Shown: positions 36,084 to 49,098, numbered from the whole stretch's first letter. The stretch is 63,178 nt of DNA, filler included, from Phoronis australis (GCA_002633005.1; 9 parts of 8 records of this genome joined end to end with filler, not necessarily neighbours in it); one strand, 5' to 3'. The notes: generated by a model not told the origin, from the sequence alone. Made by a program: numbers and translations.

Positions 36084-37580
36084 CCGCATTCGCCGTAATA
36101 ACCACCCAGGGCGCTTAGAAAAGTTCGTTTCAGGGGGGCGCTTATTATAACCCAAGGCCGTTGAAACCCGGTCTCCGAAACGGGTGAAATCGTAAGCTAA
36201 GATTCATCATATTTACTCTCCGTGACATATCTCTAATCTATGAAAGAGTTACTACAAAATCGTGGTGCATTGCTATCAAACTTTGCTGCTAAATTACCAT
36301 CATTTTACAGAAAATTGTGCTGAAATCTCAGGACGAAAACTCGCCGACTGACTGCCTTGCAATCGTCGATATGGCGACTTGAATGCTTGAATAAAAATAC
36401 AGTTTCGACTCGAGCAAATTACCTGAAATCCTCCAAGTAGCGCCCCTAAGATTTTTAAGTTACCTTGGAGTCGGGATTAACGGCAGGTTTAAGTACAAAT
36501 CTGTGCTACATCGTGCCATCTACATGATGATAGGCAACATGAGAAAAATGTCTGAACGAACACACATGTTGTTGTCACATGACGTTTGTTTTCAAGTTCG
36601 TCTGCGTTGAGTAAGCGAGCGCATGCATGTCACCAGAGTTCATTTGCCAGAGCAGATACCGTCTTTTGGCCAGAGCCACGCAATCTAATGAGCTAGATGT
36701 GCATTGTATCTAAAGAAATTTGCACAAGCTTTAGGTCTAAACCAGAGCGTGTTTCATTCAGCACTTGCCAGTCTCGTGTGCTAAAAACGTTCGACATTTG
36801 TCTCGGTAAGGCCCATATTAGTCCCCGTGTAGCTGGATGCGTACGTAACTATCTGACAGTTATTTTTCGGTGTAAGGATGTGTAAGAATTCACTGGCAGT
36901 GGTCATTTTATCGGATATTTAGCTTAAAAACACCAATTATGGTTAATCAAACAATATATCTTACAAATAACGCAAATACTTTTATAGTATTAGAAACTGT
37001 CGGAAATTAGTACCAATATTCATTTCTTGCCGATGCTATGCTACCCGTTTCATGAATGGATAGTTCCCGTCTAATGTCTTTGCTGACAGGTTCATGTATG
37101 TAGCACGCGCTTCCTGGCCACGTGCTTTTAACACTGGTCAAGCTTTTTATTAGTCTTCGATTCGCGGTTTTCACATGTACAAAGGAATTTGGATTCCTGT
37201 TGAAAGCGGGAAATATCTATAAAGCAATCCCGTAAACAAGTACACCACATCTGTTCTGAAAGGCCAGACCATTGGTCCTCGCAAGATCAGCAAAACTTTT
37301 GTGTTCGTTTTGAGGCATGGCGGAAGTTTGAAGTGTATAGTCCCGGCTAAATACCGACATAGCGGCGAGGCTCGTGGTCTACAAATTCTGTGCACAATGA
37401 TTTTTTTCAGGACTGTCGGATATTATTGATAAATTGGTGACGTTACTGTAGAATTCTAGGACTGTAGGTAAGGCATTTTTCGCACGTACACGTTCATGGA
37501 CTGGGCGCTTATTTCAGCAAAGTCTGAAAACGCGTGGGGGGCGCTTATAGGGGCATGGGCGGTTATTACGGCGAATACGG
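36084..37580. mobile_element. Non-autonomous DNA transposon with ~25-bp TIRs (Tc2/pogo-like CCGTA termini)
   Basis: Left TA|CCGCATTCGCCGTAATAACCACCCA; right TGGGCGGTTATTACGGCGAATACGG|AA; subterminal GGGCGCTTA repeats at both ends; no transposase ORF. Superfamily inferred from termini. Confidence 0.8.
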
Positions 37581-37928
37581 AATTTGACCTGACTTTGTCT
37601 TGAGTATTATGTGGTGCATTCATACGCATGCAGACCAGGTGATCAATGTAATTTTAGTGACTTTGGATCTGGCATATTGCAAAAATACTGATCTCAACTG
37701 CTGATTTATGCATTTGGTTAAATTGAAATGCAGTTAACAGTTCAGTCAAATTACTAGTTCTGTAATGTACTGACATAGCAGACGTGTAATGTACTGACAT
37801 AACAGACAAAATCATGCATATTTAAATGCACCCTCCAAAAATCGAATCGAAAAGGGATGCAGATATTTGACTAACGTGGCACAGGAGTCCTAAAAATTAA
37901 CCCATAGACTAAAGGCCCTCTGTGACAA

Positions 37929-38226
37929 TTGACTCATCATAGTCATGGTCCATTGACTCATCACAGTCACAGTCCATTGACTCATCACAGTCACAGTCAG
38001 CTAACTCATCAAAGTCACGGTCAATGGACTCATCATAGTCACGGTCCATCGACTCATCATAGTCACGGTCCATCGACTCATCATAGTCACTGTCCATCGA
38101 CTCATCATATTCACGGTCCATCGACTCATCATAGTCACGGTCCATCCACTCATCATAGTCACGGTCCATCGACTCATCATAGTCACGGTCCATTGACTCA
38201 TCATAGTTACGCTCCATCGACTCATC
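37929..38226. repeat. 24-bp minisatellite, ~12 copies, in an RTTN intron
   Basis: Unit GACTCATCATAGTCACGGTCCATC. Confidence 0.95.
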
Positions 38227-38235
38227 CCAACATAC

Positions 38236-38403
38236 CTTCGTTAGGTACATATGTACCATCTAAAGCTGTGCCCTGCTGCGTAAAATATCCCACACTGGGT
38301 TTTTCCGGGCTCTCGTACTTCGTCTGTACATATGGCCGGCTGCGTGTGATTGTCGACGTCGGTTGTAGGAACTGGCTTGGAAGGACAGCTGATTGAGCTG
38401 CAT
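38236..38403 (-). CDS. RTTN: Rotatin, internal exon (second visible)
   Basis: ttctgtgcag|...|gtatgt, 168 nt, phase 1 to 1, compatible with both neighbouring exons. Translates (D)AAQSAVLPSQFLQP...EKPSVGYFTQQGTALDGTYVPNE; GYFxQ matches rotatin TGYFPQ. Confidence 0.8.
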
Positions 38404-39151
38404 CTGCACAGAAGAGCACAAAATTATTTGTTTTTCTTCTTCTGACTGAACTAGCCTCACAGTACTTAATTAGTGCCTACTTACTTCATAGCAACACATA
38501 GCAACACATAGCAACACATAGTAAACAAAAACTGCCATGACTAGTGTTGACACCCAAACTTTAAATTACAAACACTTTTCCTAAAATTAATACATTTGGT
38601 TCATAATTGTTCCGTTTATTTCGTGAAATCAGTGCATTTGCCACCAAAGCAGTTAGCACACATCAAACACACGCATAAATCAAAACAGGAAGTAAACTGA
38701 CTAAATTATTCGGCAAAAATCGGGAACAATTGGTGAAACGCGCCTCCAGTAAATCTGATCGTCTTCATTCTATCTTCATTGGCAGGAGGAATTGAGTTAG
38801 AGATTAAACAGTACATATTTTTACGGGGAAAAATTTTAGAGGTATATGTAAGTTTCTGAGAGCGGAGTATGGCACGACCTTTTTTAGTGTTCAATTTCAA
38901 AGTCAGTTTTGGAAACCTTAGATTTAGTTTGGCGACTTGGGATTTTCGCCAAGCCGCCAAGTGTGATTTGGCGTCAAGCGCTGCATAGGTAACACATTAC
39001 TCCCCTGTTTAGTGGGGTTAGTCAAGTCTAAGAATTGCCGGTTCCAAAAAGGTGCAAAAACACATTGCCTGTAAGCTGCCAGTTCATTCGACAATAAATC
39101 CAGATAGGATTAATGTAGTAATGTTTTCAAACCTCAAAGCACTTGTATTAA

Positions 39152-40016
39152 AGGCGAGGGCAACCTTTTTCATGTCATTTTTAGCAAAAATAAGGTTCAT
39201 TGATTATCCCAGACATAATTTTCAGTTAATTACAGCTTTTTGTAATTCAACCAATTACTCATTGTCTACTCCAGCAGTGACGTTTTGGGAGGCAAGAATT
39301 TCGCGCTAATTTCTTTTCATATAGTCTGACTGTGAGAGCTGCCGAGTCAGTAATTGTTCTACCTCGGTTGTGATAAGTTTGGTCATCGTTTGCTTTTGTT
39401 TGCGAGTCAGTCAACATGCAACACTGTTAGCCTACTGCGTACCGGGATGTACTCATTATCGTCTCACAGACAGAGGAACAACTGTCTCATTTGCCCGAGT
39501 GTCCCAGGACAAACTCCCACTGGATAGTGGCCTGAGCACACAAACTGCTTACATCCCGCCGTGTGACTACCTTGCAACACACCTGGCACCTTCTAAATAG
39601 CTGCAATACTTTAGACAAGTCCACAATAAACTTATCGAAGTTTGGCTCACCCATCAATTCATTGAACGACGAACTGGGCCTGTATTTACTCTCACTACTC
39701 AACACCGCAGCAGGGCTGCTTACAGGCTCCGGGCGATAATGAGTACATACCGGTAGGCAGCAACAGTTTGGCATGTTGACTGACTCATAAACAAAAGCAA
39801 ACGATGACCGAACTTATAACAACCGAGGTAGATCAATGAATGGCTATATGAAAAGAAATTAACACAAAATTCTTGCCTCCCACGACGTCACTTCCGGAGT
39901 AGAGAACAAATAATCAATTAAATTACGAAAAGCTGTGATTAAGTGAAAAAATGTCTGGGATAATCAACGAATCTTATTTTTGATAAAAATGACATGAAAA
40001 AAGGTTGCCTTCGCCT
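39152..40016. mobile_element. Internally deleted Kolobok-like DNA transposon with ~300-bp imperfect TIRs and TTAA target duplication
   Basis: TTAA|AGGCGAGGGCAACC ... GGTTGCCTTCGCCT|TTAA; 39152-~39460 is the inverted complement of ~39733-40016. Minus ORF 39487-39774 has a THAP-like start (MPNCCCLPVC) and KFIVDLSKVLQLFRRCQVC...IQWEFVLGH, which resembles Kolobok transposase. Confidence 0.85.
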
Positions 40017-40102
40017 TTAAGATTTCAACGTTGACAGCCATACAGAGTCAAAATGCAGCTTTAATGTTATATAATAAGCTTGAGTGAGACTTGGTTACTC
40101 AC

Positions 40103-40304
40103 CTCCAGCCCCCAGCAAGGCATCAGGTTGTCCCCGATATTCACACAGTGTAGATTTTAAGTGTGGCAGCGAGTCGCCAAGCTTCAGTAAGCACTCCAAG
40201 ATATGATCTATAACCTGCAGGTCATCGCCACAACTATCACCTCGGAGATGACCCAGGAAATTGACAGCACCAATATCCCGTAACAGAGCAGCAGCCGAAG
40301 AATG
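40103..40304 (-). CDS. RTTN: Rotatin, internal exon (first visible; N-terminal region)
   Basis: tcttttag|...|gtgagt, 202 nt, phase 0 to 1. HSSAAALLRDIGAVNFLGHLRGDSCGDDLQVIDHILECLLKLG aligns to rotatin [39 protein letters not shown] as recalled. Confidence 0.85.
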
Positions 40305-40431
40305 CTAAAAGATATGGCGACACGTGCGATTAAACTAACAAGCAATGCTATACCATGTTGTTCTGAAACAAGACTCAAGACAAAACTGTACAAGACAAAA
40401 ATGACTGGTTAGGGTGTCAACACTCAAGTTA

Positions 40432-40550
40432 CAGCGTGGCTTAACCACAACACTAATTCTTCCATTGATTCAGCGTGGCTTAACCACAACACTAATTCTT
40501 CCATTGATTCAGCGTGGCTTAACCACAACACTAATTCTTCCATTGATTCA
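40432..40550. repeat. 39-bp tandem repeat, 3 copies
   Basis: CAGCGTGGCTTAACCACAACACTAATTCTTCCATTGATT x3. Confidence 0.95.
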
Positions 40551-40704
40551 CCTTCATTACAAGTGATGAGGGAAGACTACTCTCATTGATGACGAATTCG
40601 GCTTATCCAGCCATCATAAGGAGGAACTGTGACTTATGTCGTCTGAATTATTTTAGCTTGTATTGTATATCATAATGGATAGAACATATCTTAACAACAC
40701 TTAA

Positions 40705-42063
40705 AGGAGAATGCCACCCGATTTAATTAGTCTTTTTTACCGTCTTAATCGGTCTATATCCACATCGCCTCTTATACGGTCGGCCTCACCTTGCCGAGAG
40801 GTGTCGCGTTAACCTGAGAGGAAGGTGAGAAAGGATGCAGCGACATCAGTGGTTCGTTTGCAGAGAATGCCACTATATTGCGGTGCATTGTTCCCGCTTG
40901 TCCGAACTATGAAGCTGCGAAAAAAGCGGGTATATTGTAGTGAAGAATGAAAGTATGCTGTTAATAGCAAGTATGAGGCCGTGAAACATCTCCGTGTCTG
41001 TGGCCGGCATTTCCTCGACAGTGATTTCTCTGACAAATTCCGGCTTACCAAAGAACTATCCACACGTTCCGTTGCCAGTGCATGTTCACGGTGCCTCTCT
41101 AGTATTTCTTGATCAGTGAATTCCGGTTTGAACTGATAGCTTGTGAAACCTAACGATCCGACCCGTGAGGTCTTCGTCGGATGAGCTCTTGACTAAGTCG
41201 GGATTGGCGCCGGGTGAGTTGCCATGTAGACGTTTATTATTCTGCGGTCTGTTTCAAAATGAATTATTCTCATCCTAAAATGATCCTAACCAATGCTTAT
41301 ATGAAACTGAAAAAAGTCTGTCTCATTAGATACAATTTGCAATGCCTTGGAGTGCTCGTGGGTGCAAACAATTTGAGAAGCCAGCAAAGAATAAACCACT
41401 GCGTTACCGGCTTTTGATGCCGGCAACAAAGATAATTGACCGGGCTCCGAGGCCATGTGAGCGCATGCTAATTCAGTGTATGCTGACAGAAAGCTGTTGT
41501 GGAACAATTACTCGATTTTATATGCTATGGTCACATGTGAGGGGAATCTTTAGTTAGAAATACAAATACATTATTCAAATCATTATTACAGTACAACCTT
41601 TGCCCTGACGGCCTGTGGAAGAGGAACCCGACTTTGCGGCCCCCGACAAGTAAGTAGATTTTCAGTTTTGTTGCTAATTCACATAAATAATTACATGCAC
41701 ATTATTTCTTTGGCTCACTATTATAGTCTTTTCGTAACTGCAAGTTTCCAACTCAAGCTGGTTTATGTTCGTGCCAGTCCAGGCGGCCGCGACGGGCCTG
41801 ATCGGGTTACGAGCCACTCGCCGGGATAACAAGTGTTTTGTGCGTTTAGAACTAAAAAATCACAAGTATAAACAACACAGATCTAGGTTCTCTTGTCTGT
41901 ACTTCGCAGAAGAATACTTCGAATTTATCTCCGAACAGACCCCAAACTCCTGCTACGGACCTTGGTAAAATGGTCTGCCGAACTTTATAGGCTACAGTGT
42001 GTCCAAATACCAGTAAATCCGTAAGAGTGAAATAAAACCACACGTTTTTATAAGAACTCGGTG
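40705..42063. mobile_element. Degenerate Kolobok-like element, right end lost in gap
   Basis: TTAA|AGGAGAATGCCACCCG terminus. Plus-strand THAP fragments RVCGRHFLDSDF (~40993) and SRFSCLYFAEEYFE (~41882). Minus-strand YQFKPEFTDQEI (~41104-41139) resembles the Kolobok second-ORF N-terminal motif. Confidence 0.6.
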
Positions 42064-42852
42064 NNNNNNNNNNNNNNNNNNNNNNNNNNNNNNNNNNNNN
42101 NNNNNNNTTAATTAATTAANNNNNNNNNNNNNNNNNNNNNNNNNNNNNNNNNNNNNNNNNNNNAGCCATAAGTATTCAGGCAAAATAATCCTCAATTCCC
42201 CCATCGCGATGACTGGGCACAAGTCAAATTCATCATCAGATTAGTCTTCCAATATCTTTCACAATGAAGAGACTCAATAGGACAGTTAGTTAAGTGGCAA
42301 TAAAGCCATTTGGCAATTAGACAATTTTGTCCCCATACTAATTATTACCAACGGTTTTTGCTGTTCACAGAATTAGCCGTTATGACAGAAAAACAGTACT
42401 TTGTCTGATTACTTTTGTCGTGCACTATACATTTCCAGCAACAGGTGACGAGAAACATATCCTACACAGCAAACAATTTTAATCTGTACATGATTTACAG
42501 AGAAAAGCTGTTTTCAATCATGACTGCATAGACTAATGTCCCGCCAAGCATGTTAACATACACTGTCTTCTTGACTTGGTAGTGGGCACTATTACACTAA
42601 AATAAGTCTGAACGGAGACTTACGCCAAAACTTACGACCTGTTTTAAATATTCGCTTACACTATATATACAAAAAACGTAAGGTTACAAAATTTAACAGA
42701 CACCTTGTAGTGATGTTTCAGAATGCACATCAAACGCTTCTATTTAAAGAATGCTATACTCATCAACTATCGTGCTGGTCATCTTTACAAATCATACATA
42801 TTTAACCTTGCTGGTACACAGACTGAACACCTAAGACAAACCCAACACTCAC

Positions 42853-43117
42853 ATCTGAGGAGTCGGGCTGTTTGAGAAGGTACGTCTACACTATCCAGCA
42901 GTTCATCCACTGACGTTTCATTGTCATCGTCGTCATCTTTGAGCACGTCACGCGCAATCTCGTCCTTGTCCAAGGTCAGGTCACGATTGCTGAGTATCTC
43001 CTCCTCGCTGCTAGAACGCGATGATTCATGTTGGGCGTCCACTGAGACAGCAGCACTAGGCGCTTGCTGTTGATAGCCATACATGGCAAGCAGTTCTTCC
43101 AGAGGCATGTCACTTTC
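42853..43117 (-). CDS. MIER1: MIER-family (mesoderm induction early response) corepressor, internal exon of the acidic N-terminal region
   Basis: tttttacag|GAA AGT GAC ATG... ESDMPLEELLAMYGY...EEEILSNRDLTLDKDEIARDVL...VPSQTARLLR|gtgagt. MPLEELLxxYGY and LTLDKxEIAxD are MIER hallmarks. Confidence 0.92.
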
Positions 43118-44644
43118 CTGTAAAAATGAATGAGAAACAATGTAGAGTTGAATCTTTACTTAGGCAGGGTTTCCACTGCTTGTGAATTTCTGGGCAGTCC
43201 GCCATGCTCCTTTTTGGCTCCGCCACTCGTAAATTGTACTCAAATTGACCGCCACACACCTAATTGTGACAGGGAAACTTCACTGCCACGCAAAAATCGC
43301 TAGTAAAAATTATCGCTAGAGATGTTTTCAGACTTAACTAGAGGTCACATTATGTGACCAACATGTCATTTAAAAGACTAATAATTCTTGATCAATGCAG
43401 AACAAGAATACCCAGTCAGGGGAAAGCTGGTTCATTTTCACTTTCACAGGTCGATTTTCTCCACAACTGCAAGTAATTGTCAAAGACAAAGTTTCTATGA
43501 AATAGTTATGCCTTGCCTAACACAGAAAAGGTTGCTAAGTCCCATGTGCCTTGTGTAACAAAGTGGCATTTGTCAAGTATTACAAGCATAAAACAAATAT
43601 GACAAAGCCCATAACAAGTGTACCACAGCAATAGATTAGTTAAGAAGAATTCTGATGACGATTCACTAAAATTTAGAGCACATAGAAACGCACTTTCATT
43701 AAAGGCCCGTAGAAATAAAATGAACTGAATGTATTCGATGGAATAACTCAAACAGCAAAGTATACAATGGAAGTTGTTGGACTCAGTAGTGTCACTGACA
43801 CTGATGGTAACATGATGAAAGTGAATGTGACATATTAGCAACATATCAGCACTACATGAAACGCAAATAATGCATGACAGATGACAAACTGTGACTGCAG
43901 TCTTTTTGTGATTATGAAGCATTAGAAAGATCTAGTGATGATATAAGAAATGAAATATGACATGGGACATCAACGATGTCGCACCATGCTTGCAGGGCCC
44001 TCAGTGCTTCGATTATGGGACTCAGTACAGGCCTCAATACCACTGAAAAATGTTCAAAATGACATGACCACAAAATTCCTTTACTGGATAATGAGGTAGA
44101 CACAAAGAAAACCAAAAGGTTACTAACATACACATCAGGTGGTTTCGTCAATTCCTATTAAGATTCTCCAAAGTTCAAAAATAAGTGTCTCAGAAGATAA
44201 GAAACAGATGCTAAACATTAAACAATAAATACTAAGAACTTCCATGAGGGGACACTGCACAATCTGGATCCATTCCACATTGCACAAATGTTGTCCTCTG
44301 TTTTAGGAAAACATACCTTCCAAATTTCATGAGGCTCCGTAAAAAAATTGGTAGACATAGAGACAGATGAAAAATGTATTTATCAGAGAGTGCAGCACAT
44401 GCCAGATCTGTGTAAAGTCCGAAAATCAGCATGGTCCACCTTTGATAAAGGAACATTTTCAAAATGTCTTGAAGACTTTTCTAAGGATTTAAGATACAAA
44501 GAATAGGATATAGGATGGTGAACGGGCAGGTGGACAGATGGACAGGCAGCTACATACAATCACACCCTGACATATATGTACATAAATATTGACAAAAGTC
44601 TGGCACCTCCTCACAATCAGGTGAACACAAAATCACCAGCCTAC

Positions 44645-44772
44645 CTTTTGCAAGTCATCTAGCTCACTAGCACAACTATTTCCACTCATGGTCTCTTCTT
44701 CGTCAAGTGTGTGTTCGTCGTCATACTCATTCACCAGTATGTCCGCTGACGGATCAAACTCTCGATCTGTGT
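44645..44772 (-). CDS. MIER1: MIER-family, preceding internal exon
   Basis: gttcttgcag|(D)TDREFDPSADILVNEYDDEHTLDEEETMSGNSCASELDDLQK|gtaggc; phase-0 join to the next exon; matches the MIER [22 protein letters not shown] motif. Confidence 0.92.
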
Positions 44773-46154
44773 CTGCAAGAACATAGGAAAACATTGTGAT
44801 TATACTCACAATCAAAGAGCTCCACATAAGACCTAAAGTGTCCCAAAGCACAACCGAGACCAACCACGTGTCAAGTTAGTTTAGGGACATTCTCTGTGAC
44901 AAAGAGAATTTTACATTGCATAAATTAACAGGGGCATAGAATTGAACCCACCACCTATGCAGTAGCAGCTGAGGCGAACACACAGTCCCTGAGACAAATC
45001 ACATGTAAGTAGCATGTAGCTAACCTATTTTATAGTAAAGACGCCGGTCTTGATTTCAACATATGTCCTGCAGACAATGGCAAGAACTGGAAATTTGTAA
45101 TAAGATCATAAGAATGTTTTACACCTCTGGTCAAAGCTAATAACTTTCGGGCAAATCACAATCAAGGTCCATATTCGGTGGCCACTTTTGGTAAAAAATG
45201 AAGGTTGTCACGTAACTGTAAAAGCTGGGTTATTTTAAAGTACCATCATTCCGGGTTTGTAATCTGAAATATTTTTGCACAAGAACCACCGAATAAAATT
45301 TTATGGCCTAATGCATCGCAGTTGCATAAAAGGGTACGTACACTACAACTTGAGGTCAGCCCACTTCTATCATGCAAAAATTCATAAGGTAGGTGTTAAT
45401 TTATTAAGTTCTTGATCAAATTGAAGAAGTATCACATACTAAAGTAAGAAAAGTTATTACTGTGCTGATCAAGTTGTTCTAAATGATGATACATTGCACA
45501 TCTTAATACAGTATGAGAACTTCTTCTCTTGCAACATGATTCATTCCATAAGAAAATGACAGGTAACTACTTTTTTCAAAAACATTATTGGTGCCATTTG
45601 CCTAGTTTTCAACACATTCACCACTTGGTCAAAATAGTTAAAGCAATGTTAGGCCTAGTGTTCAACTTGTAAACAGTAAAAAATGGTACTGGTTGGGGGG
45701 TACGTACACTACGCACAGTCAATCAACGTCAAATTTTGACTAACTTACAAATTTATGGGATGATCTTGAGTTTTGTGCTGCCTGTACTAGTTGTGTTGTT
45801 GCAAGTTGTCTTGAGAGATAGAGAACCTGCATCTGCAACATCAGTTGTCANNNNNNNNNNNNNNNNNNNNNNNNNNNNNNNNNNNNNNNNNNNNTTAATT
45901 AATTAANNNNNNNNNNNNNNNNNNNNNNNNNNNNNNNNNNNNNNNNNNNNAGAGACCTGTGGTTTGGTTCCTAGTTGGTTGGGGGTTCCTTATTTTTCTG
46001 TTTTTATTTGATATTCTTGGCTAACATCATTGTCTGTATATGTAATTAACACATACTGGTAAATTGCTGATTATATAATTGCCCAAATCTCATGTGAAAA
46101 AGAAGAAATGTGTCTCGTGGGATGGATGACATAACAGTTGACTGCACAGATATC

Positions 46155-46260
46155 GGGTCCTCAGTAGTTCAGTGGTAAAAGCGCTAGACCAGCAATCTAG
46201 AGACCTGTGGTTTGATTCCCTGTTGTGGTTCCTGATTTTTCTGTTTATTTGATATTCAAA
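46155..46260 (+). mobile_element. tRNA-derived SINE head / tRNA pseudogene (partial second copy at 45951-46015)
   Basis: A box TAGTTCAGTGG; anticodon arm CTAGA-CCAGCAA-TCTAG (AGC, Ala-like); mutated B box GGTTTGATTCC; poor T and acceptor stems. Confidence 0.6.
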
Positions 46261-47291
46261 TTTCTTTGGTAACTTGTCAATGAGTTTTTTTTGACTATTC
46301 ACGAAAAAAATCTTAGGTTGCCACCATCACAGGTCAAGATTGGGCTATTCGACCGGTTTATGTACCTCGAAATCTGCAGGTATTGATCAAAGACATCATG
46401 CTGCTATAGTCAATTACATGGCCTCGGGCTCCTAGTGTTATCGTTCTCAAGATTATCAGACCCATCATAAACGCAGTGGGGGCAACAATAGTGTTTTTGA
46501 AAATTTTCATTTTGACAGTTGTTTACCTTTTGAATAGTTCGTGAATTGTACACGTGAATAGGTTTTTAAATTTTGAAAATGAGACAAGAAATGTGGCTTT
46601 TGCAACCTAAAATGTTTGTATAATGTTGTCATATTACGTTCCTCTTTAATTCTGCTGAGTCTGCAATATAATTGGGTCATTTACCATCATGCAGTAGTTG
46701 GATTTTAAGCAAGCCAAGTATCGTTGTACTTTAACAATTCTTGGCATGTGTAAACGCATAAAGTAATATATTTTAAAAATTCCTCCTGATCACAGAATTT
46801 TTTATGTGACAAGAATAATGCCCAATACCGTGAAATTTTACAATGGAGATTGCGTAACTTCCACTGACATGAATTGTTTTGCATGAAAATTGGAAATTGT
46901 TTTCCTTATTCTGATAACTACAATTAACGTGTCGTTGATTTTACAGCCAAGTTCTTGTGCCTAAAGGCTTCAAATAAAATCTCATTTACTTGCCTTTATT
47001 AGCTAATATACTCAAGAAACAAAAGTTTCATGTAAAATTAATGTTAAAATTGCTGCCCAACAATCTCCATGAAATATCATAATTTTTACCCCAAAAAACA
47101 AAATGAATCACAAACAACACCATGTCATTTTCTGTGCATAAAATACATATTAGTTAAAAATATTCAAAATATTTGATTATTGGATACGAAATTGGTCAGT
47201 TACCTCAATTAAGACAACTAGAATTCTTACTGGTACACTGGTAGACTGGTACACTGGTATACTGGTACACTGGTAGACCGTTCTATTTCAG

Positions 47292-47354
47292 CCAGATGTT
47301 GTTGGCGATGATGAAGGGTATGACGACTGGATGAATATAGAACTAGATCCACAG
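47292..47354 (+). CDS. PGP: HAD class IIA phosphatase (phosphoglycolate/glycerol-3-phosphate phosphatase or pyridoxal phosphatase-like), internal exon
   Basis: ttctatttcag|PDVVGDDEGYDDWMNIELDPQ|gtatga; phase 0 to 0. Confidence 0.8.
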
Positions 47355-47831
47355 GTATGACATTTAACAAGCAACACAGGTTAGATTAAGGACCATAGCT
47401 TTTGTTCCTTTAAGTGTTGTTTTCAATGATTTTTCATTTGTAATTTAAAGCTTTTGAGTCACTCACTTTTTTAAATTTAGTTCAAAGTCTGTGTATGGCC
47501 ACATGTGATGTCAGTGTAGCTCATGTCAACAAAAACATCTACGAAAGTCTTGGGGATCATCCATGAGTTCTGATTTTTCCGTTTGACACTATATTTCTTA
47601 ATAAGGTGTACTGTGTCTTCCGATGATACTGATTTTCCTCTAAATATAGGTTATATTAATTGACAGTTTTTTGAACATTTTAAGAGTGTAGGTTGAACTT
47701 CAACCTCCCACCTCGTTGCATAATTTATTGGCCTTTGAAAATGTCTAGCATTATGGGCGATGCTTTAAAAGACTTGGAAGTTTTTGTGTGGTTCTGTTCT
47801 ATTTAACAGTTGAGTGTTGGTTCTTCTCTAG

Positions 47832-47979
47832 GTAAACTGCGTGTGTATAGGATTTGACAAACACATCAGTTATCGAAAGATTCTAAAGGCTTCGTCCTAC
47901 ATAAGGATGAAGAGTTGTATGTTCCTGGCTACTAATGAAGACACCTCAGTGCCTCTGAGGGGGGATGTGCACATTGCTG
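47832..47979 (+). CDS. PGP: PGP/PDXP-like phosphatase, internal exon (cap domain)
   Basis: ttctctag|VNCVCIGFDKHISYRKILKASSYIRMKSCMFLATNEDTSVPLRGDVHIA G|gtgagt; GFDxHxSYxK and FLATNxD motifs. Confidence 0.9.
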
Positions 47980-48473
47980 GTGAGTGGAAACATGAGATGA
48001 TTAGATGATAGATCTCGTGCTTATCAATAACGGTTGTGACCGTGCACTGCCTGAAGAGTCACATAAGGTCTCTTAGTGAACACCCATGTGAGGTTTCTGT
48101 TTGTGCAACAGTTTCCCCTGTACAAAGTTATGGTAAAAATCCTTTAAAAATTGTGTTTTCAATCTACCGAGTAGGTAATTTTCTCTCTTCCAAATTGGAG
48201 AATTTTTACTGCTCTAGTTCACGTGAGATCTTTTGATTCGATTGAAATTGTTTCAATTCTTTGCTTCTTATTGCCTTTTGTGTTGTAAGAATGTGTGCAT
48301 TTACCTTCACAGGGTCTACGTGTTGTTCTGTATGATGTAGTATGTTTTTGGATTATCCATTAAGCTAACTTACCTTTAGCTATCCTTTGTGCCAGGTTAC
48401 TCCTGTCGTCTTAGCTTTGTTACAGTAGGATTCTTTCAAAAATACTATAATTTTTACTGTGTGTTGTTTCCAG

Positions 48474-48615
48474 GAGCCGGCTCCATCGTAGCACCAGTGA
48501 AGGCAGCTACAGGTGTTCAACCAACAGTTGTAGGTAAACCTCATCAGCCAGTCTTTGATGTGGTACGGAAGTTGACAGGTGCTGACCCCAGTCGTACAGT
48601 CATGGTGGGAGACAG
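48474..48615 (+). CDS. PGP: PGP/PDXP-like phosphatase, internal exon (HAD motifs III/IV)
   Basis: tttccag|(G)AGSIVAPVKAATGVQPTVVGKPHQPVF...DPSRTVMVGD(R)|gtaggc; GKP and MVGDR motifs. Confidence 0.93.
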
Positions 48616-49098
48616 GTAGGCCCTCTGGAGGCAGCTATTGCAACTGATGATGTGTGTTTAGCAGATGTAGGCATTGCAGTAATTGTGTTTTATCAAGGGT
48701 ACTCAGCAGCTGTGCATGTGAGTATTGAATTGTCTCCATGAACTCCTGAATCATTTGCACGTCCCACTGAATCTTGGAAAAATTCATAATGTTTGGAAAT
48801 GATTTACACTTATGATAAGTGTTTTGTGAAAATTAGTTATTAAGGATTATGCAAATGTGTTAGCGGTTCTTTTGTTTGATTTTGTTCATAAACATATAGC
48901 TCTGGCTTGTTAAAAGTACATTTTTATGATTCAGCGGTTTGTGCAGGTGATTCATGACCTTCTGCTTTTGGGTCACATGTGTATTATTTAATCACTTTCT
49001 GCTTTTAAGTTAAAACTGATTTTATTATTTATGCAAAATTGTGTCAGTGGTAAGGGATATACCGTAACTTTAAATAATAAAAAATTCTGGTCTTGTAG

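Noticed and set aside
37909-38396. ORFs (DYDESMDR)n and (HHSHGPST)n as real proteins
   Set aside because: By-products of a 24-bp minisatellite in an RTTN intron.
40208-40393. Hydrophobic 61-aa ORF as a membrane protein
   Set aside because: Alternative frame overlapping the RTTN exon.
46155-46232. Functional tRNA-Ala(AGC) gene
   Set aside because: T-loop mutated (TTTGA), T and acceptor stems do not pair well, and the shared 3' tail with a second copy points to a SINE.
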